A stretch of 64,000 nt of DNA from Longimicrobiales bacterium (GTDB taxonomy: Bacteria; Gemmatimonadota; Gemmatimonadetes; Longimicrobiales; Gaopeijiaceae), in assembly GCA_965238005.1 (NCBI GenBank), contig OZ250165.1, positions 1,216,001-1,280,000 of the forward strand, in the 5' to 3' direction. Positions within the stretch are counted from its first letter, which is position 1. Each line of letters starts with the position of its first letter. Position numbers and translations under genes: made by a program. This document shows positions 19,802-29,924 of this stretch, in pieces. The notes under the pieces were generated by a model that saw only the letters and a list, made by a program, of their open reading frames with translations, did not search any database and was not told the origin of the DNA.

Positions 19802-22800
19802 ATGGCAAACATCCTGCCTGCCCTTCCCCTCGTCGGACGGACCGAGGAGCTCGGTTTTCTCGGGAACGCCCTCGCCAATGCTGGTGCCGGGACCGGTGGA
19901 GCCGTCTTCCTGAGGGGCACCACGGGCATAGGCAAGTCTCGCCTCGCGGTCGCTGCGGCCGAAGAGGCGAATCGGCTCGGTTTAGTCACGGTGCGGGGGC
20001 AGGCGTACAAGGTCGAGACGGGCATCCCCTACGGGCTCTGGTCCAACGCCTTTCTGCCCGTCGTCCGGGAGATGGACGCCTCCGCCCTCTCGGTGCGCAC
20101 CCGGGGTGGTGAAGGGGAGCTGGTCCGGGTCGTGCCCGCCCTCGGAAGCGGAGCCGGTCAGTCCTCCGGGGTGGGTGAGGGGGAGCCAGGAGAGCTCCAG
20201 ACGCGGATCCACTGGAACTTCACCGAGTTCCTTCGCCGGCTGGGCGAAAGGAAGCCCGTCCTCGTCGTCCTGGACGACGTTCACTGGAGCGACCCTTCCG
20301 GCCTGGACCTGCTCCATTTCGCGACCCGTCATCTCGACGGCTCCTCTGTGCTGGTGGTCTGCACCTACAACGTCGAGAGCAAGGTCGAAAATCCCGGCTT
20401 CGAGGCCATGGAGACTGCCCTCGTCTCCGTGCAGAACGCGCGGGTCCTGGACGTCGGCCCCATCTCGGCGGAGGCTTCGGGTGAGCGCATCCGGCGCGTT
20501 TTCGACGTGGAGCCCGGCATCTCCGACGGGTTGGCCGCGCGCATCCACGGGCGGACCGGAGGTAATCCGTACTTCGTCGGGGAGATCCTGAAGGCTCTCG
20601 TGGATTCGGGAAGCCTCTACCTCCGGGGCGGTACCTGGCTGGGGTGGGAGGTGGATGACCTGGACCTGCCGGACTCGGTGGGCGCGGCTGTGGCCGCTCG
20701 TCTCGGCGAGTTGTCGCCAGCGGCCCGGCAGGTGGCCCATGTGCTGGCCGTGGCAGGAACGAGCGCGACCCATGAGCTGTTCGGAGCGGTGGCGGATTTG
20801 GAGGAGGACGCCCTCCTAGGCGGCATCGACGAGCTTCGGGCGAAGCAGCTCGTGGAGGAGTCGGCCGAGGGGAGCGACATCGTTTATCGCTTCTCCCACC
20901 CGCTCATCCAGGAAGTCCTCTACTCCGAGATCGGCCTCGCCCGTGCCCGAAGCCTCCACCGTACCGTGGGAGAGGCGCTCGAGCGGGGAGTCGGTAGTGC
21001 ACTCGATGACCGAACGCACCAGTTGGCGCACCACTTCTCTCTCGCCGGAGGCAATGATACGAGAGTGATTCGTTACCTGTCCGCCGCCGGACGAGAGGCC
21101 CTCTCTCGCCGGGCCGATCGCGAGGCCGTGGCCTTCCTGGGTGACGCTCTGTCTCGCGTTGCCGGGGACGGTGGGGACGGCGGCGACGGGGCTGCGGATC
21201 TTGACGTGTTGTCCTTGCGGGAGGATCTGGCCCGGGCGCTCCAACGCTCCGGGGACTACGGCGCGGCCGCTGAGCACTGGCAGGTGGCGCTGGCTCTGAC
21301 CCTCGAGAGGGGAGAGGGCGCCCGGGCCGCCCGACTCCACGGCCGCATCGGGCAGGGCGCCTACTTCCGTGGGCATTACGAGGATGCCCTGGCGGCGTAC
21401 GAGCTCGGTCTGGAGAGGGCGGTGGCGGCGAAAGACCCCGTGGTCGAGGCGCACCTGCGGCTTCACAAGGGGAATGCACTGCAGTCCTTGGGGCGGGCCA
21501 AGGAGGCCCAGGAGGAGATGGAAACCGCGCTGGAGCTGGCCGAATCGGTCTCCGACCCCGGCCTCCTCGCCAGAGTCCACCGGGGGCTGATGATCCTCTA
21601 CACCTATCTGGGAAATCCCGAGAAGGTTCGCGAGCATGGACGTGAGGCCATCCCACTCTCCCGGGCCGCCGGGGACGCACACGTCACCTACTGGGTGTAC
21701 TGGCAGCTCGCGGTCCTCGAGGGGTTCCTGGGCTACACGGAGACGATGGAGGAGCACATCCACCGCTGCCAGGAGCTGGCCGAGGAGCTCCGATCGCCGG
21801 TGCTGGAGCTCTGGACCGCCGAGATCTTCATCGAGCACGCGGCGAGCGCGGGCCGTTGGGACACGGGGATCGCCCTGGGAGAGCGGGCCGTCGCCAAGGC
21901 CCGAGTGCTCGGTCAGGAAGCCCTGCTGCCCCGTCTCCTGGTCTTCCTCTCCCTGATCTATCTCGGCCGGGGCGAGATAGAGCGCGGTAAGGCGTGCGTC
22001 GACGAGGCCTGGGAGCGGTCGGGTGCGGCGGTAGGTGATATGCTCCGGGTGCACCTGGTGGTGCCCGCGCATATCGGCAAAGCGGCCTACCACGTGGCCG
22101 AGGGCGAGTACGAGGAGGCGATCCGGGTGGGGGAGGAGGGACTCGCCATCGCCGAGAACTCAGGCTTCATCGTCTGGGCGGTCCACCGCCTCCTGCCCCT
22201 CATCTTGGAGGCGTACGTCATGCTCGATGACGCCCCCGGGGCGGCGCACATCGAGCAACGCCTGAACAAATACGGGCAGCGCATGGGCAACCGGCTGGCC
22301 ATGGCCTGGAGCAAGGCGTTCGAGGGCATCAAGGTGTGGCACGCCGGTGACATCGAGGGGTCCACTGTGCTCTTGGGAGAAGCCGCGGAGGCGCTGGAGG
22401 CGCTGCCCATGATCTTCGACGGGGCCCGCGTGAGACGACAGCTGGCCGGGCGGTTGGCGGACCTGGGGGACCGGGAGGGGGCTCTGCGTGAGCTCCGGCA
22501 CGTCCACGACGCGTTTCTGAAGATGAAGGCCGAGGGTGAGCTGCAGAAGACGAGGGTCATGTTCCGGGAGTTGGATGTGCGCCCACCGAGCATGTCGGCC
22601 GGTGTTGGGGCGGGCGGGCTCACCCGGCGTGAGCTCGAGATCGTCCGGCTCGTGGCGATGGGTAGGTCCGACAAAGCGGTGGCCAAGGAGCTGGACATCG
22701 CCCGGCGCACCGTAAGCACGCACCTCTCCAACATGTACCGGAAGCTGGAGCTCGGCTCGAGGGGTGAGCTGGTGGCCTACGTTGCGGAGAACAATCTCCT

Positions 22801-22822
22801 CGCCCAGGAGCAGGGGGGCTGA
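19802..22822 (+). CDS. AAA ATPase-TPR-LuxR HTH regulator (MalT/LAL-like STAND)
   Basis: LVGRTEEL, GTTGIGKS, VLDDVHWSD, TGGNPYF, YRFSHPL, TPRs, LTRRELEIVRLVAMG...TVSTHLSNMYRKL. Confidence 0.93.
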   Translation: MANILPALPLVGRTEELGFLGNALANAGAGTGGAVFLRGTTGIGKSRLAVAAAEEANRLGLVTVRGQAYKVETGIPYGLWSNAFLPVVREMDASALSVRTRGGEGELVRVVPALGSGAGQSSGVGEGEPGELQTRIHWNFTEFLRRLGERKPVLVVLDDVHWSDPSGLDLLHFATRHLDGSSVLVVCTYNVESKVENPGFEAMETALVSVQNARVLDVGPISAEASGERIRRVFDVEPGISDGLAARIHGRTGGNPYFVGEILKALVDSGSLYLRGGTWLGWEVDDLDLPDSVGAAVAARLGELSPAARQVAHVLAVAGTSATHELFGAVADLEEDALLGGIDELRAKQLVEESAEGSDIVYRFSHPLIQEVLYSEIGLARARSLHRTVGEALERGVGSALDDRTHQLAHHFSLAGGNDTRVIRYLSAAGREALSRRADREAVAFLGDALSRVAGDGGDGGDGAADLDVLSLREDLARALQRSGDYGAAAEHWQVALALTLERGEGARAARLHGRIGQGAYFRGHYEDALAAYELGLERAVAAKDPVVEAHLRLHKGNALQSLGRAKEAQEEMETALELAESVSDPGLLARVHRGLMILYTYLGNPEKVREHGREAIPLSRAAGDAHVTYWVYWQLAVLEGFLGYTETMEEHIHRCQELAEELRSPVLELWTAEIFIEHAASAGRWDTGIALGERAVAKARVLGQEALLPRLLVFLSLIYLGRGEIERGKACVDEAWERSGAAVGDMLRVHLVVPAHIGKAAYHVAEGEYEEAIRVGEEGLAIAENSGFIVWAVHRLLPLILEAYVMLDDAPGAAHIEQRLNKYGQRMGNRLAMAWSKAFEGIKVWHAGDIEGSTVLLGEAAEALEALPMIFDGARVRRQLAGRLADLGDREGALRELRHVHDAFLKMKAEGELQKTRVMFRELDVRPPSMSAGVGAGGLTRRELEIVRLVAMGRSDKAVAKELDIARRTVSTHLSNMYRKLELGSRGELVAYVAENNLLAQEQGG

Positions 22823-23235
22823 TCGCCACGGGCACGCCCCGGCAGCTCGATCGAGCCGTAGCCGAAGGAACCCGCGCGGCGGCGCTCGGGGTCATCGCCA
22901 GCGCGCTCCTGGCTACCACGAAGATCGCCGCCGGCATCTTCGGAAACTCGTTCGCGTTGGTGGCCGACGGCGTCGAGTCGGTCCTCGACATCTTCAGCGG
23001 CCTCCTCGTCTGGGGAGGGCTTCGAGTCAGCGCGATCCCTCAGACCGAACGGTATCCCTACGGGCTCGGAAAGGCGGAGCCGTTGGCGTCGTTGGTGGTC
23101 TCGACGGTGCTGCTCATGGCCGCAGCTGGGATCGCGGTGGGGGCCGTGCAGGAGATCGTCACCCCTCACCAAGGCCCGGCGGCCTTTACGCTGCTGGTCC
23201 TGGTCGGGGTCGTGGTCACCAAGGAGGCCATGGCC
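22819..23235 (+). pseudogene. Cation diffusion facilitator (FieF-like), N-terminal half only
   Basis: KIAAGIFGNSFALVADGVESVLD, YPYGLGKAEPLA; similarity ends at VVVTKEAM. Confidence 0.85.
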
Positions 23236-23261
23236 CTGAAGGCGTACTGCCTCTCCGGGCG

Positions 23262-23708
23262 TCAGTCCTGGAGGTCCTCTTCCAGGGCTTGGACACCGAG
23301 CTGGGCCTCTTGCAACCGTCCGGGCATGACCCTCTCCACGCGCTCCAGGAAGGCAGACGAGGTGACAATCGCCAAGACCTGCTCATCCGAGAGTGCGATC
23401 TCAGCCGAGCGACCGCTGTCGCACCGTATCTTCACGGTGGTGGGAGCATAGATGCCCGATGTCAGCACTCCCACCAGTAGGTTAAGGAATGATTGCTCGT
23501 TGTGGATGGTGGCGTTGCCGGAGGGGCACAGCAGCTCCACGTCGAGGTTCTTGTGTCCGATGAGGCCGCCCAGCCAGTGATTGTGCCATTCTTCGTAGAC
23601 GACCGGGCCGGCCGGTGCGCCCTGCCCGACCGTATAGGTGTGCTCGTAACAGCCCGTGGTGACGATGACCAGGCCCACCGTCACCGCCACTCGTCCCATC
23701 TGGATCAT
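23262..23708 (-). CDS. Bor/Iss-family lipoprotein with C-terminal extension
   Basis: TTGC lipobox, NHWLGGLIG, CPSG, EQSFLNLLVGVLTSGIYAPTTVKIRC. Confidence 0.75.
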   Translation of the reverse strand: MIQMGRVAVTVGLVIVTTGCYEHTYTVGQGAPAGPVVYEEWHNHWLGGLIGHKNLDVELLCPSGNATIHNEQSFLNLLVGVLTSGIYAPTTVKIRCDSGRSAEIALSDEQVLAIVTSSAFLERVERVMPGRLQEAQLGVQALEEDLQD

Positions 23709-23819
23709 TTCGTCTTTCCCTGAGAGTAGAGTCCTGAACTTGAACGGACTGAGACGTCCGATTCTGTCCTTGGACGGGAGCGCTGGCAGGAAGTCGGCGT
23801 CCCGTCGGGGCACAGCAGA

Positions 23820-23835
23820 AGCAACCCCCGTGCCA
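23820..23835 (-). promoter_or_regulatory. Sigma54 (-24/-12) promoter upstream of the Bor-family gene
   Basis: Minus strand TGGCAC-GGGGG-TTGCT, exact consensus spacing; AT-rich tract just upstream (23855-23880). Confidence 0.75.
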
Positions 23836-24096
23836 AACCCTCCGGACGCGGCAATCTGTTGTCGTAATTGAATTTACTAGGATGATCGTGATGGGAAAAC
23901 CGTCGACGCTTGTCCTCTCCAGAGTACAGCGAACACGGTTCGAGGCGTGAGGGGTCGGAATCCATCGCTCTCGTCCGACCCGAAGGTCTCGACGTGCACG
24001 GCGCTTCGAAACTGGACGGCGGACCGGGCCCGGGTCATCTTGGGGCTTCCCTCGAAGACCCTCTGGCCCCGACACGCCGTCATGGGAGAGACCGCC

Positions 24097-25713
24097 ATGG
24101 ATTGGAGATCGCCGGGAGCCCCGTCCCTCACCGCCCTCCTCCTCGTCACCGTCATGGGGAGTGCGTCCGGCCAGGCGAGCTCGGATCCGGAGATGCCCGA
24201 GAGCTTCAAGGAGCCCATGCCCCTCTTCACAAAGGGGCTCGGGCCTTTCTCGCGGAGCATCACCACCGACTCCCCCGAGGCCCAGTCGTTCTTCGACCAG
24301 GGCATCCAGCTGATGTACGCGTTTACGCCCGAAGACGCGGCGCGCTCCTTCCGCGAGGCGCAGCTCAGGGACCCCGAGTGCGCCATGTGCTACTGGGGAG
24401 AGGCATGGGCGTGGGGTCCCTACCTGAACGGGCCCATGGGTCCAGGATCTCTTCCCAGGGCCCAGGCCGCAATGAAGAAGGCCCTGGAGCTCGCACCCGA
24501 CCACACCGACGCGGTGGAGCGCGACCTCATCGAGACCATGGCGATCCGTTACGTCGATCGCACGGATCGCACTCCGCAGATCAAGGTGGACACGACCTAC
24601 GCCGAGGCCATGGCGAGGGTCTACGCCGATCACCCCAATGACCTGGAGGCCGGCTTTCTCTATGGGGAAAGCCTCATGCTTCTGGAGCCCAGGCGGGGGA
24701 GCTGGGACGTCGAGCGGGCCGAGATCCAGCGCATCCACGGCATCCTGGAGGACGCGCTCGCCCAGGACATCACCCATCCGGGCGTCTGTCATCTGTATGT
24801 CCACGCCACCGAGTCGACCGTGAGGCCCGACAAGGCCGAGGCGTGCGCCGATCACCTGGGCAGCTCCATCCCGGGAGCCAGCCACATCAACCACATGCCG
24901 TCCCACACCTATAACCGGGTGGGGCGCTGGCCGGAGGCCGTGCGGGCGAATCTCCAGGCCTTCCACTCCGATCAGGCGGCGGAGTATGGGGAAGGATTCG
25001 CCATCTACCCGTCCCACAACCTGCACATGCTCCTCTTCGCGGCCTCCATGGGCGGACAGGGCGCCATCGCCATCCAGGCGGGAAGGGACTACGCCAAGTC
25101 CACGGGGGGCGCGAAGTACTACGAGGTCCTGACGAAGCTGCGCTTCGGTCGCTTTGACGAGATCCTCGAGATGGAGAACGAAGCGGACAACCCGGTCTTC
25201 AAGGGCTTCGGGGACTTCGGTCACGGCTACGCCCATCTCCGTATGGGGCACGTCGACGTGGCCCGTGAGTTCCTGGACGCCGTGGAGACGGGTGCCCGTG
25301 AGGGCGAAGAGGCGGCCTTCCGTGGTCACTCGGCGGCGGACCTCCTGGGTGTCGTCGGGGGGATCCTGAAGGGTGAGATCCTCCGGGAGGAGGGGAGCCT
25401 GGACGAGGCCATCGACGCGCTGGAGAAGGCGGTGGAGATCGAAGACGGACTCCGCTACGACGAACCCGAGCCCCTGAACTTCTCGGCCCGGGACTGGCTG
25501 GGGGCGGTCCTCCTCGAGGCGTGGCGGCCCGGCGAAGCCGAGGAGGTCTACCGGGCCGCCCTGGCCGATCATCCGCACAACGGATGGTCGCTCTTCGGGC
25601 TCGAGCAGGCCCTCCGTGCCCAGGGTCGCACTGCCGAGGCGGATGAGACACGAAAGGCCTTCGAAGCCGCGTGGGCTCGCGCCGACGTCTGGATCAGGGC
25701 GTCTCGCTTCTAG
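24097..25713 (+). CDS. Secreted TPR-repeat protein with conserved His-rich motifs
   Basis: AQSFFDQGIQLMYAF, CAMCYWGEAWAWGP, HPGVCHLYVHATE, SHINHMPSHTY, YPSHNLH, NGWSLFGL. Confidence 0.85.
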   Translation: MDWRSPGAPSLTALLLVTVMGSASGQASSDPEMPESFKEPMPLFTKGLGPFSRSITTDSPEAQSFFDQGIQLMYAFTPEDAARSFREAQLRDPECAMCYWGEAWAWGPYLNGPMGPGSLPRAQAAMKKALELAPDHTDAVERDLIETMAIRYVDRTDRTPQIKVDTTYAEAMARVYADHPNDLEAGFLYGESLMLLEPRRGSWDVERAEIQRIHGILEDALAQDITHPGVCHLYVHATESTVRPDKAEACADHLGSSIPGASHINHMPSHTYNRVGRWPEAVRANLQAFHSDQAAEYGEGFAIYPSHNLHMLLFAASMGGQGAIAIQAGRDYAKSTGGAKYYEVLTKLRFGRFDEILEMENEADNPVFKGFGDFGHGYAHLRMGHVDVAREFLDAVETGAREGEEAAFRGHSAADLLGVVGGILKGEILREEGSLDEAIDALEKAVEIEDGLRYDEPEPLNFSARDWLGAVLLEAWRPGEAEEVYRAALADHPHNGWSLFGLEQALRAQGRTAEADETRKAFEAAWARADVWIRASRF

Positions 25714-25895
25714 TGTCCCGTTACCAAAGTGTCTCGGCCAGTCGAGGGCAGGGTGCATCCGTGGGCTCGGCGTTGGGCCTCCTTACGACCACGCTTCGCG
25801 CGGTGCCCGCTTGCTCGACGCCGCGTCGTTCCGCCTTGATCCCACGGCGCCCCGACCCTCTTGGTGGCTCGCGAACTTCGGAAATGGAACACTAG
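25710..25895. mobile_element. MITE-like non-coding element flanked by CTAG
   Basis: CTAGTGTCCCGTTACCAAAGT ... ACTTCGGAAATGGAACACTAG: imperfect inverted ends (17/21 including CTAG), inserted at the TAG stop of the TPR gene. Confidence 0.75.
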
Positions 25896-25905
25896 GCGGC
25901 TCAGA

Positions 25906-26748
25906 GTGAGAGACCTCGTGATCTCGATCATCAAGGTCGCCGTACTCGCGTATGTGGGCTACACGGTTCTCCTGTTCCTCATGCAGCGGCGAATGCTGTT
26001 TCCCGGCGGCGGGAGAGATGCCGGGCGGGACGCGTCCTCACCCGTCCCGCTGGGCGTGCACCGCGTCTGGCTGGAGCTGCCGGTGGGGCCGGTGGAGGCC
26101 TGGCACCTGGGCTCCGGACAGGGCGATAAACCGGGGCCGGCGCTCATCTTCGCCCACGGGAACGGGGAGCTCATCGACGACTGGACGAGCCTGTCGGAGC
26201 TGACCCCCTTCGGACTGAGCGTGCTGCTCATCGAGTTTCCGGGCTACGGCCTCTCGGCAGGTAAGACTTCCAGACGGGACCTCGGCGAGGCGTTCCAGGC
26301 CGGGTACGACTGGCTGGTGGGGCGCCCGGAGGTCGACCCCGAGCGCGTGGTGGTCATGGGGCGCTCCGTCGGGGGAGGGGTCGTCACCGATCTGGTGGCC
26401 ACCCGACCCGTCCGGGCGCTGATCCTCCAGTCCACGTTCAGCTCACTGTCGAGGATGGCGTGGGAGGGATACAGGGCCCCGGGTTTCCTCATCCGCGACG
26501 CGTTCGACAACGAGGCGGTCATTCGGTCCTTCGATGGGCCGGTGCTGCTCATGCACGGCCGCAGGGACGAGGTCATCCCCTTCACCCACGCGCGCGCGTT
26601 GGCCCGGGCTCGCCCGGACGCGAAGCTGATCGAGTGGGATTGTGGCCACAACGACTGTCCTCCGAGCTGGCGTGAGTTCATCGCGGATGTAGGGGACTTT
26701 CTCGTGGCGCACTCGGTGATCGAACGGGGCGGGGGTGGCGGGACGTGA
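25906..26748 (+). CDS. Alpha/beta hydrolase (ABHD13/17-like)
   Basis: FAHGNGE, EFPGYG, GRSVGG, HGRRDEVIP, GHND. Confidence 0.9.
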   Translation: MRDLVISIIKVAVLAYVGYTVLLFLMQRRMLFPGGGRDAGRDASSPVPLGVHRVWLELPVGPVEAWHLGSGQGDKPGPALIFAHGNGELIDDWTSLSELTPFGLSVLLIEFPGYGLSAGKTSRRDLGEAFQAGYDWLVGRPEVDPERVVVMGRSVGGGVVTDLVATRPVRALILQSTFSSLSRMAWEGYRAPGFLIRDAFDNEAVIRSFDGPVLLMHGRRDEVIPFTHARALARARPDAKLIEWDCGHNDCPPSWREFIADVGDFLVAHSVIERGGGGGT

Positions 26749-26795
26749 GTCGCGACGCGAGTGTTTCCGGAAGCCTGCGGGCGAAGAGGTTTTGA

Positions 26796-27734
26796 ATGCG
26801 AGATTGGAGCGCCTCCTCAAGGCAGGTTGATCGCCGCCCCAGTCACACCGCCGTCAAGATCGCCCGAGGCCTCGTCTTTCTCGGAGAGGACCCGGTGAAG
26901 GCCAAGCTCCTCCCGCCAGGCGCTGCCGAATCAACCTCACACCTCATGCTCGAGGCCGGGCTGCTCAAGCCCTGGATGGTCTCTCTTTACCGCCACCCCT
27001 GGTTCCAACGGTTGGTGTCACTCTTCGAACGCGCCACCATTAACGGCCAGATGACCGGGAGTGCTCTCCGGAAGCGATTCGTCGACGATGAGACCAGGGC
27101 CGGCATCGCCGACGGCGCCAGCCAGGTGCTGGTCGTGGGGTCCGGGTTCGACACTCTCTGCGAGCGGCTTGCTCCAGAGTTCCCGGACGTCACCTTCGTG
27201 GAAGTCGACCGCCCCGCTACGGCCAACCTCAAGCGACGCGCCGTAGCCGATATGGGAGCCAACCGACCCAACCTCCACATCCTCGACATCGACCTCGCGT
27301 CGGCCGCCCTCGCGGAAGCGCTGGCAGCCGTTCTGGAGTGGGATCGCGGTGCGCGGAGCGTCGTAGTGGCCGAAGGGGTCCTGATGTACATCCATGAGGC
27401 GGAGGTCGTGACGTTCTTCAACTCGATCCGATCCGGGTGCGGCGCCGGTACGCGTCTCGTGTTCACGTATCTGGGGACCGACAGAAAGGGCCGCCCCCAC
27501 GTGGGCAGGTTGAGCGGCCTAATGCGGCTCACGCTGAGGGTGATCGGGGAGCCGCTCCACTGGGGCACGAATCCGGATCGCCTGGAGGGATTCCTGGAAG
27601 AGCACGGATTCCGCGTGCTCTCTCCGCGGGACCGGTACGATCTCCGCCGGCGCTACCTGGAGCCCGCGGGCCTGGGAGACATGACCGAGTGGGGCGTGGA
27701 GTTCCTTTCGGTCGCCGAGGTCACACCGGCCTAG
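26796..27734 (+). CDS. SAM-dependent methyltransferase (leucine carboxyl methyltransferase-like)
   Basis: RKRFVDD, QVLVVGSGFDT, EVD, AEGVLMY. Confidence 0.88.
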   Translation: MRDWSASSRQVDRRPSHTAVKIARGLVFLGEDPVKAKLLPPGAAESTSHLMLEAGLLKPWMVSLYRHPWFQRLVSLFERATINGQMTGSALRKRFVDDETRAGIADGASQVLVVGSGFDTLCERLAPEFPDVTFVEVDRPATANLKRRAVADMGANRPNLHILDIDLASAALAEALAAVLEWDRGARSVVVAEGVLMYIHEAEVVTFFNSIRSGCGAGTRLVFTYLGTDRKGRPHVGRLSGLMRLTLRVIGEPLHWGTNPDRLEGFLEEHGFRVLSPRDRYDLRRRYLEPAGLGDMTEWGVEFLSVAEVTPA

Positions 27735-27742
27735 GGAGCCGC

Positions 27743-28303
27743 CTACTCGGGCTCTTCCCCGAAGAGCTCGAGCACCACGGACTCGAAGGTCCTGAACAGG
27801 GTCGTCCCCGGCTCCTCCTGGGTTCTCTGGTTGAAGGCCCGGACCAGGGAGCGATAGTACCAGGCCTGCTGCTCCTTCGAGCGGCTGAACTTGGACCATG
27901 CCGCCTCTCCCACCGCGGCCAGGTCGTCGCGGGTGGCGCGGATGTTGTCGAGCTTGTCGGCGCAGGTCACCAGAACGACCTCCATTGGGGCCGATTGGAG
28001 GTGCTCGATGGTGTGCCTCTTCCGTTCCTCCCAGGGAGCGGTCTTGTCGGGCTCCGAGCAGCCCTCGACGATGTCGGCCACTGCGGGGCCGAACTCCCTG
28101 CGGAGATCCTCCAGGGTCACGTGCGTGTCCTCGACCGTATCGTGAAGCACCGCGGCCGCCACGAGATCCTCGTCGCACCCCAACTCCACCAGCGTCCAGG
28201 CGGTGGCGATGGGATGGAAGATGTAGGGGACCCGCCGTCCCTTCCGGTGTTGGCCGGCATGGGCCTGGACAGCGAACTCGATGGCTCTGAAGACCTTTTC
28301 CAT
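27743..28303 (-). CDS. Stand-alone Mesh1-like HD protein, putative small alarmone hydrolase
   Basis: AHAGQHRKG..PYIFHP, AAVLHDTVEDT, ADKLDN. Confidence 0.85.
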   Translation of the reverse strand: MEKVFRAIEFAVQAHAGQHRKGRRVPYIFHPIATAWTLVELGCDEDLVAAAVLHDTVEDTHVTLEDLRREFGPAVADIVEGCSEPDKTAPWEERKRHTIEHLQSAPMEVVLVTCADKLDNIRATRDDLAAVGEAAWSKFSRSKEQQAWYYRSLVRAFNQRTQEEPGTTLFRTFESVVLELFGEEPE

Positions 28304-28527
28304 TCACACTTCCTGATCGCTGTACTTTCCCACCTTCAACCTGAGAGTGGAGTCTCGGGTGGAGATGAGAAAGGGGCGCAAGACTCACTTCACGCTTACC
28401 ACGCCCGGCGGGTGATGACGGTGGACCCGCAGGGCGGACGGCGTTTATCTTCCGCTCCGAGGGCCTTTCTGACAGTTCAGCGAGGCATGAGGCACAGCCT
28501 GGGACCTGAGAGGGGGTCATCCCAATC

Positions 28528-29865
28528 GTGCGACGCCTGCTCCTGATCCTGATCCTGGCCACGGCCGGCCTGCTGTTCTCCCGGGCCGAGTTCGACCCTG
28601 GAGACCTCACTGGTGAGCTCGAGATCCCGACCGTCGCTCCCCAGCCCGACCTAGAGGGCTCCGGCGTCGCTCCCGGACCCGAGACGGATCCGGACGCCCG
28701 CGAGTGGCGCGTCCTGGCCCTTATCGTCGAGGAGACCGATATCGAGACGCTGGGGGGCCGCCAGACGTCCCCACTCGAGACCGTTCGTTTCACCTCGGAC
28801 GAAAAGGCGCTGATCCGGGAAAAGCATGCGGAATTCGAGCTTTGGCTGGCGGAGACGGCGGGGGGCCGACTCAGGGCCGAGACCGACGTCCTCGAAGTCC
28901 CGGGCCCCCTAACGTCGCTGAGCCGCGCGCGCGGCGACCCGGAGTTCAGTGCCGTCGAGGACCTGGCGTACTGGGCCGGACCCGGGGACGTCGCACCCCT
29001 GGTCCAGGGCCGGTTTCCGGGGAGTCGATACCAGATGATCCTCGCCTGGGTGAAGCTCCCTGAAGGCGTCAGGCCGGGAGGCGGTGCACTCACCTCGCCG
29101 ACCATGCTTCGGGGCTCACCCTTCTCAAGCCACTTCTGGCTGCCGGGCCGCGTGTACACCCGGGACATGATGTTCGCGGGCGTCTCCCACGAGTTCTACC
29201 ACCAGATCACGTTCTGGCTCACGCGCTACCTCGATTACGATCCGGAGCTCTTCCCATCCAACCACCCCCCCAACACCATCACGGTGGATGGAGTAGAGCT
29301 GCTCCCCGCCGGCGAGACCAGGAGGCGGTGGTACACGCACGTTCTGAGCCGAGTGCTCGCGGATGAGATGTGGGATGCCATGCTCGAGTGGCAGCGTGGC
29401 GCCAGCATTTGGAATGACGCCAACCTCGCTTACGCTGCTCGACCCATCGGAGGCGCGGCCACGGGCGAAGTGCGCGATCTCGACAAGCTCAACGACGGAA
29501 GCCTGGGCAACAACAACCTCCGGGACGCCGCCACCAGCGATCCGCCGAGTCGACAACCCATCGAAGCGTGGTTCGGTCTGGAGTCGGGCGGGCCGACGAG
29601 ACTCTCCCGGGTCACGGCCTATCCCGGACTCCGCAGGACCGACGCCACGTACCTCGCCCGAAGCTTCGTCCTCGAGTACGAGATTGCCGGCCGATGGCGG
29701 GAGGTTCGGGGCACGCGCCGGTCCGGGAACGAGGAGATGAAGGTCGACCTCTCGTTCGCGCCCATCACGACCCAGAGGATCCGCTTGCGGATTTTCGAGC
29801 AGCGGCCCGACGAGCGAGGCAACTTCCACCGTGGGAGCTGTCTGGAGCTGGAGGCGTACCGGTGA
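28528..29865 (+). CDS. Hypothetical exported protein with HExxH motif and C-terminal discoidin/F5-8-like domain
   Basis: N-terminal TM, SHEFYHQ, KLNDG, FVLEY..GRW, FAPITTQRIRLRI, ELEAY. Confidence 0.6.
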   Translation: MRRLLLILILATAGLLFSRAEFDPGDLTGELEIPTVAPQPDLEGSGVAPGPETDPDAREWRVLALIVEETDIETLGGRQTSPLETVRFTSDEKALIREKHAEFELWLAETAGGRLRAETDVLEVPGPLTSLSRARGDPEFSAVEDLAYWAGPGDVAPLVQGRFPGSRYQMILAWVKLPEGVRPGGGALTSPTMLRGSPFSSHFWLPGRVYTRDMMFAGVSHEFYHQITFWLTRYLDYDPELFPSNHPPNTITVDGVELLPAGETRRRWYTHVLSRVLADEMWDAMLEWQRGASIWNDANLAYAARPIGGAATGEVRDLDKLNDGSLGNNNLRDAATSDPPSRQPIEAWFGLESGGPTRLSRVTAYPGLRRTDATYLARSFVLEYEIAGRWREVRGTRRSGNEEMKVDLSFAPITTQRIRLRIFEQRPDERGNFHRGSCLELEAYR

Positions 29866-29924
29866 TGCTTAATGGTCCTCGCGTCAGAACCCCCACCTCT
29901 AGACGCCACAAAGCCGAGGCGACC

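Noticed and set aside
19802..22822. STAND ATPase as an Avs-type antiphage system
   Set aside because: The C-terminal LuxR HTH and lack of an N-terminal effector mark it as a MalT/LAL-type transcription regulator
23482..25758. Long antisense ORFs (758 aa here; also 13708-15141, 27519-29168, 44223-45872, 58362-60230)
   Set aside because: Shadow frames of real genes in high-GC DNA, with no motifs
27743..29865. toxSAS-antitoxin module around the HD hydrolase
   Set aside because: No neighbour shows RelA/SpoT synthetase motifs
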